This document shows, piece by piece, positions 59,568 through 64,000 of a stretch of 64,000 bases of DNA (the first letter of the stretch is position 1; the number at the start of each line of letters is the position of its first letter). Under the pieces are notes generated by a model. It made no database searches. It worked only from the letters and a program-made list of their open reading frames with translations, and had not been told where the DNA came from. Source of the DNA: Candidatus Poribacteria bacterium. GTDB lineage: Bacteria; Poribacteria; WGA-4E; PCPOR2b. The stretch spans positions 928,001 through 992,000 of the forward strand of contig OZ242351.1 in the NCBI GenBank assembly GCA_965208675.1, written 5' to 3'. The translations under genes were made by a program, and so were the position numbers.

Positions 59568-60344
59568 ATGAGATTAACTTTATTTGTGATTGCTGTGTTG
59601 TGGGGGTTCTCCTTCGCCGCGGCGGATGCAATTGACCAAGACGCAATTGTATTAGCATTGCCGTTTGACGAAGGAAAAGGCAGAGAAGCCAACGACATCT
59701 CCACGCACGAGAATCACGGCTTGCTAACAGACACCGCCAAGTGGGCACAGGGCAAAATTGGAATGTGCGTGCACTTGCAGAACGCTTACGTGGAGGTTGC
59801 AAATCACCCAAGCCTCAGCCTGCATAATACCGACTTTACGATGGCGTTATGGATAAAATTTGCCGAGGAGGCAGGCTGGTACGACCTAATGGCTCACAGC
59901 GAAGGCGGCGGAGGCGACGACAAACAGTGGATTTGGCTGCTTTCTGGCGGAAAATTCAAATTCCACCTTCATAACAGAGGCGTTGATATTACGTGGATTG
60001 ACTCCGATTTCTTCGGATTTCCTAAGCTTGACCGCTGGTACCACGTCGCTCTTGTCAAGCAGGGAAACCAATACACGCATTATCTAGACGGCGATTTGTT
60101 CGGTGAAATGATGAATGATACCCCCATCTCAAATGAAATTAATAACCCGCTTACCATTGGCACGGGGCCAGGCGAATTCTTCATTCAGGGATTCGTAGAT
60201 GAGGCATTCATCACACGGCAGCCGTTGACACAGAACGACATTCGCAACCATTTTACCGGCGGCATTCAGGGTGTTTTTTCGGTTGAACCGAGCGGCAAAC
60301 TCGCAACCAGATGGGTAAGTTTGAAAACCGGATATGATCGATGA
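59568..60344 (+). CDS. Secreted LamG-like protein 5
   Basis: Same scaffold; tail SVEPSGKLATRWVSLK. Confidence 0.88.
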   Translation: MRLTLFVIAVLWGFSFAAADAIDQDAIVLALPFDEGKGREANDISTHENHGLLTDTAKWAQGKIGMCVHLQNAYVEVANHPSLSLHNTDFTMALWIKFAEEAGWYDLMAHSEGGGGDDKQWIWLLSGGKFKFHLHNRGVDITWIDSDFFGFPKLDRWYHVALVKQGNQYTHYLDGDLFGEMMNDTPISNEINNPLTIGTGPGEFFIQGFVDEAFITRQPLTQNDIRNHFTGGIQGVFSVEPSGKLATRWVSLKTGYDR

Positions 60345-60430
60345 ACCGATGTTTCAATATTCGATTTACCTCCGGCACTACTGAGAGGAAATGTCAATTC
60401 ATAAACGATCAGCGCCTAATGAGGACAAGG

Positions 60431-61261
60431 ATGCGCAATTGGATTTGTACATTGTTTTCGATTACGTTGTTGTGGACGATTCCGATTGGCGTCGAGGCGG
60501 GAATTGACCGGGATGCGATAATACTGGCGTTGCCGTTTGAAGAGGGAAGAGGCAGGGACGCCAAGGACATCTCCCCGCTGGGCAACCACGGCGTTCTGTC
60601 GGAAACCGCCAAGTGGGCGCAGGGTAAATTCGGAATGTGCGTGCGCCTAAAGAACGCTTACGTAGAAGTGGAAAATCACCCAAGCCTCAGTCTTCACAAC
60701 ACTGACTTTTCGTTTGCGGTATGGATTAACTTTTCCGAAGAGAAGAATTGGTATGACCTAATGGCTCACAACGAAGCACCAGCCATAGACGTCAAGAAAT
60801 GGATTTGGATGTTTGCCGCCGCCAGATTTAAATTCCACATTAATGATAGAGCGATTGAGATTGCGTGGGTCGAATCAGAATTCTTTGGATTTCCCGACCT
60901 CGACCGGTGGTACCAACTTGCTCTAGTCAAACAGGGTAACCGATACACGCACTATTTAGATGGAGAAATCTTCGGCGAAGTGACAGACGACACGCCCATC
61001 CCCGATGAAATCAACCACCCGCTCACAATTGGATCGGGGCCAGGCGACCGGTTTACTCAGGGATTCATGGATGAACTTTTTATCACGCGGCAGCCATTGA
61101 CACAGAACGAAATCCAAAACCATTTTGCTGGGGGCATTCAGGGCGTTTTGTCAGTTGAGTTAGGGAGCAAAATCGCAACTCGTTGGGGATTAATCAAAGA
61201 TGCCGCAAATACATTCATTTCTTCGAACCTACCATTAGCAGTAGGTGCAACACGGAATTAA
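60431..61261 (+). CDS. Secreted LamG-like protein 6
   Basis: Close paralog of protein 5; tail SVELGSKIATRWGLIK. Confidence 0.88.
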   Translation: MRNWICTLFSITLLWTIPIGVEAGIDRDAIILALPFEEGRGRDAKDISPLGNHGVLSETAKWAQGKFGMCVRLKNAYVEVENHPSLSLHNTDFSFAVWINFSEEKNWYDLMAHNEAPAIDVKKWIWMFAAARFKFHINDRAIEIAWVESEFFGFPDLDRWYQLALVKQGNRYTHYLDGEIFGEVTDDTPIPDEINHPLTIGSGPGDRFTQGFMDELFITRQPLTQNEIQNHFAGGIQGVLSVELGSKIATRWGLIKDAANTFISSNLPLAVGATRN

Positions 61262-61492
61262 TCAACATGAGAGTAATTTCGTAGTTGAAATTGCCGGGTA
61301 AGCCAATTAATCTTGAGTTCTATAATTTTGCTCAACGGTCACAATCGAGGAGTATTCAGGATGTATTCATAAAACTGCCACATAGTATATTGGTGGCGAA
61401 AGGCAGTTCACAAACGCATTGCTATCGTACATTTATTGGGTCAACTTGAGACAAGTGTTTAAGCCCCAGTCTCAATTATGGGAGAAATTCAG

Positions 61493-62335
61493 ATGAGTGA
61501 ATTGTTTACGGCGGAAGAGGTCGACCAGTTCCATCGGGACAGTTTTATCATGGTCGAGGACTTTCTGGATACCGAAGAGACTGAGCTCCTTTATGAGGCA
61601 GCCAAAGGAGACTATGTAATGATGCAACATGCCCACGATGTGAAGGACACGGAAGGAAAGAACTCAAAGCTGGCGCTTTGGGATCATCCGGGCGAGGACA
61701 TCTACGGGCTGATTGCCAGAAGTCACAAGATGGTGAACAGGATTGAGCAGTTGCTCGGCGCCGATGTGTATCACTACCATTCTACCATGATGCTCAAAGA
61801 ACCTCGCGTCGGCGGTGCGTGGGAATGGCACCAGGACTACGGATATTGGTATTACTACGGTTGTCTCTTTCCGGATATCGCCGCGTGCATGGTCGCAATT
61901 GATGAGCAGACCAAAGAAAACGGATGCCTTCAGGTGATAAAGGGATCGCACCGCTTAGGGCGTTTGGATCATACGGAACAAACCTCTGCGGGTAGTACAC
62001 AGACCAGCGTTGATCCAGAACGAATAGAAGCAATTTTGGCACGCATGGAATTGGTCTATTGTGAAATGCCGCCGGGCGCCGGGATTTTCTTTCACGGCAA
62101 TATTCTACACCGCTCCGAAGCAAATCTGAGCGACAAACCCCGCTGGGCTTTGAGATGCGTCTATAACACCGTTCACAACGACCCGTATAGAGATATCAAA
62201 CACGCCCGCTATACACCGCTGCAAAAAGTGCCGGATTCGGCAATTAAAGCCGGCGCCGCCAAAACCAGCGACTCCGCCAAAGAATATTACTCCGGAGAAT
62301 CGCTGCGGACGCCGCGGCCAGACGATTCTGCATAG
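61493..62335 (+). CDS. PhyH family Fe(II)/2-oxoglutarate dioxygenase (ectoine/proline hydroxylase-like)
   Basis: MLKEPRVGGAWEWHQDYGYW (HxD), NGCL, GSH, FFHGNILH.S..N.S..PR. Confidence 0.9.
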   Translation: MSELFTAEEVDQFHRDSFIMVEDFLDTEETELLYEAAKGDYVMMQHAHDVKDTEGKNSKLALWDHPGEDIYGLIARSHKMVNRIEQLLGADVYHYHSTMMLKEPRVGGAWEWHQDYGYWYYYGCLFPDIAACMVAIDEQTKENGCLQVIKGSHRLGRLDHTEQTSAGSTQTSVDPERIEAILARMELVYCEMPPGAGIFFHGNILHRSEANLSDKPRWALRCVYNTVHNDPYRDIKHARYTPLQKVPDSAIKAGAAKTSDSAKEYYSGESLRTPRPDDSA

Positions 62336-62450
62336 CCGTCCTGATGCTTCGATTTTGAGCGCCCTACAAAACACAAAATTCCTGCCCATTTCGGCATTAT
62401 CGCGCTGAACGCTAGAACCAATTCCACGAAAACAGATGCCGGGATTAGAA

Positions 62451-63269
62451 ATGCTCAATCAAGAACAAACTGACGAGTTTCGCACCAAAGGTTTTCTTCT
62501 CAGTGGATGTGTTGTAAGTCGTAATCAGGTCAATGTCCTAAATGACGAAATTAATCGGGTGATTGCGGAGCAAAATACAGACAAGCCGCAGCCCGTCCGG
62601 CTTGCGAACCTCGCCTCCAATCCTGACAGTGTAACTTGGCAAATCACGAACATCTGGGAAGCTAGCCAGCCTTTTCGAGAGTTGATTTTCAACTCCACGA
62701 TGGTCGAAGAGGTTGCTCAACTGACCCGGGCGCAGCAACTGCGGGTCTGGCACGACCAGGTGCAGTTTAAACTAGCGGAGCGAGGCGGTATCACCGACTG
62801 GCATCAAGATTCTCCCTGTTGGCCAATCCTGACCCCGAAGACATGCCAGGTGACTGCATGGGTTGCGCTAGACGATGCAGATGCATCCAATGGCTGTATG
62901 AGTATGGTCGCGGGTGCATACAATTGGGGCGACCAGATTGAATTTTTGCGCCGCATACAAGATTTCGATGAGATGCCGACAGCTTTCCAGGATCGTAACT
63001 TGCAGGTGGAGTTGTGTCCAGTACCGGCGGGTCATGTCCACTATCATCACGGTTTAGCTTGGCACGGTTCTCACGCGAATACCAGTGCCCGGCCGCGCCG
63101 GGCTATCGCAATCCACTACATGACCGGCGAAACGCGTTACGACTCCAGCGGTAACCACACGATGAAACCCTTTGTAAACGTTATGGATGGCGAAGTATTG
63201 ACAGGAGAGCACTTCCCGTTAGTCTGGGATGACGGTAAACTGGTGCGTCCCAATACGAACCCGCCTTGA
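62451..63269 (+). CDS. PhyH family Fe(II)/2-oxoglutarate dioxygenase
   Basis: WHQD, W.ALDDA...NGC, HH.L.WHGS..N.S..PRR. Confidence 0.9.
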   Translation: MLNQEQTDEFRTKGFLLSGCVVSRNQVNVLNDEINRVIAEQNTDKPQPVRLANLASNPDSVTWQITNIWEASQPFRELIFNSTMVEEVAQLTRAQQLRVWHDQVQFKLAERGGITDWHQDSPCWPILTPKTCQVTAWVALDDADASNGCMSMVAGAYNWGDQIEFLRRIQDFDEMPTAFQDRNLQVELCPVPAGHVHYHHGLAWHGSHANTSARPRRAIAIHYMTGETRYDSSGNHTMKPFVNVMDGEVLTGEHFPLVWDDGKLVRPNTNPP

Positions 63270-63557
63270 TGCGAATACACACCGAACGAAGACCTAGACG
63301 AAGCCATTTCAGATAGATGACCGAGCCGAAGGACAAAACCAGAAATCTCCCCCAATCCACGTTACGATTAGGTGAACGGTGGCCTAGCCTTACCTACCGG
63401 TATTTCGAAATGTGAAGCATTTTGGAATCGTTTCAATTGAACTTGTACACGGCTTTATACAAATCACTACTGTGAATGTGAAGACTCCCAGATATTGAGT
63501 AACAAAACTATTAAGCCAAAAAGTCCCCCAATTCCCGCATCAGATTGAGGCTTTCAG

Positions 63558-64000
63558 ATGAATCAAGGAAACATCGCGATCAAACCGGCGATGGAACTCG
63601 CTGGCCAGAATCTAATCAACATGCTCCACCCCGATTATGATTATCTTCCCTCCTTTTTGATTGCCGTTGATCGCGATTACAAAGCCGATCGTCAGTTCTT
63701 TTTCATGACGCATAACATTGGGCGTTGGGTCGACGCGATGTATCGGCTTGAGGCAGCCACAGGCTTCGCCGCACCCGAAAAGATTCAGGACGCCATGTTT
63801 TGCCACATAAAGGCGTTCTGTGACAATCCGGACGACCTCTTTTTACGTCCGCTGGACAAGTTGCCCTACGGCGAGGGAGACCTTTTTTGCTTCCATTCCC
63901 TCCGGGAGCATTTAGCCGCTTTTTGCATACTCGGGAAGGTCAAGAAGAATCAATGGGCCCTCGATAGTGCCCACCGAATGCTCGTGAAACTGGAAAGTCT
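63558..64000 (+). CDS. Hypothetical protein, 5' part (possibly a distant six-hairpin/GH127-like protein); truncated by window end
   Basis: Open frame from ATG 63558 (GAGG RBS) to the edge: MNQGNIAIKPAMELAGQNLINML...HNIGRWVDAM...FHSLREHL. Family guess is weak. Confidence 0.55.
   Translation, partial: MNQGNIAIKPAMELAGQNLINMLHPDYDYLPSFLIAVDRDYKADRQFFFMTHNIGRWVDAMYRLEAATGFAAPEKIQDAMFCHIKAFCDNPDDLFLRPLDKLPYGEGDLFCFHSLREHLAAFCILGKVKKNQWALDSAHRMLVKLES

Overview
64 kb of bacterial chromosome, most likely from Candidatus Poribacteria or a close relative. This is an inference from gene content: an array of six secreted LamG proteins ending in a 'VEPxGKLATxWGxLK' tail, tandem PhyH dioxygenases, and trypsin+TPR proteins. 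Housekeeping and catabolic blocks (fadN/fadA beta-oxidation, dacB, acyl-CoA dehydrogenase/CoA-transferase, pyrK-pyrD-pyrB, PurS-like, glmM-yvcK) alternate with accessory blocks. Most notable: (1) a selenoneine senA-senB pair in which senB is interrupted by a single in-frame TGA followed by a small hairpin, either a candidate selenocysteine codon or a nonsense lesion; (2) a 13.6-kb all-plus-strand protease island in which trypsin-like domains are fused to a C-terminal outer-membrane beta-barrel-like domain, next to a BamE-like lipoprotein and a stand-alone barrel-like paralog; (3) a LamG array with variable loops and a shared C-terminal motif that may be a sorting signal; (4) an NAD+ synthetase that reads like eukaryotic NADSYN1/Qns1; (5) a GxxExxY nuclease gene bounded by the same terminal motif as an adjacent 244-bp inverted-repeat element; (6) several REP/MITE families. 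No rRNA, tRNA or CRISPR array was seen. All family calls come from motif recognition by eye; no database search was run.
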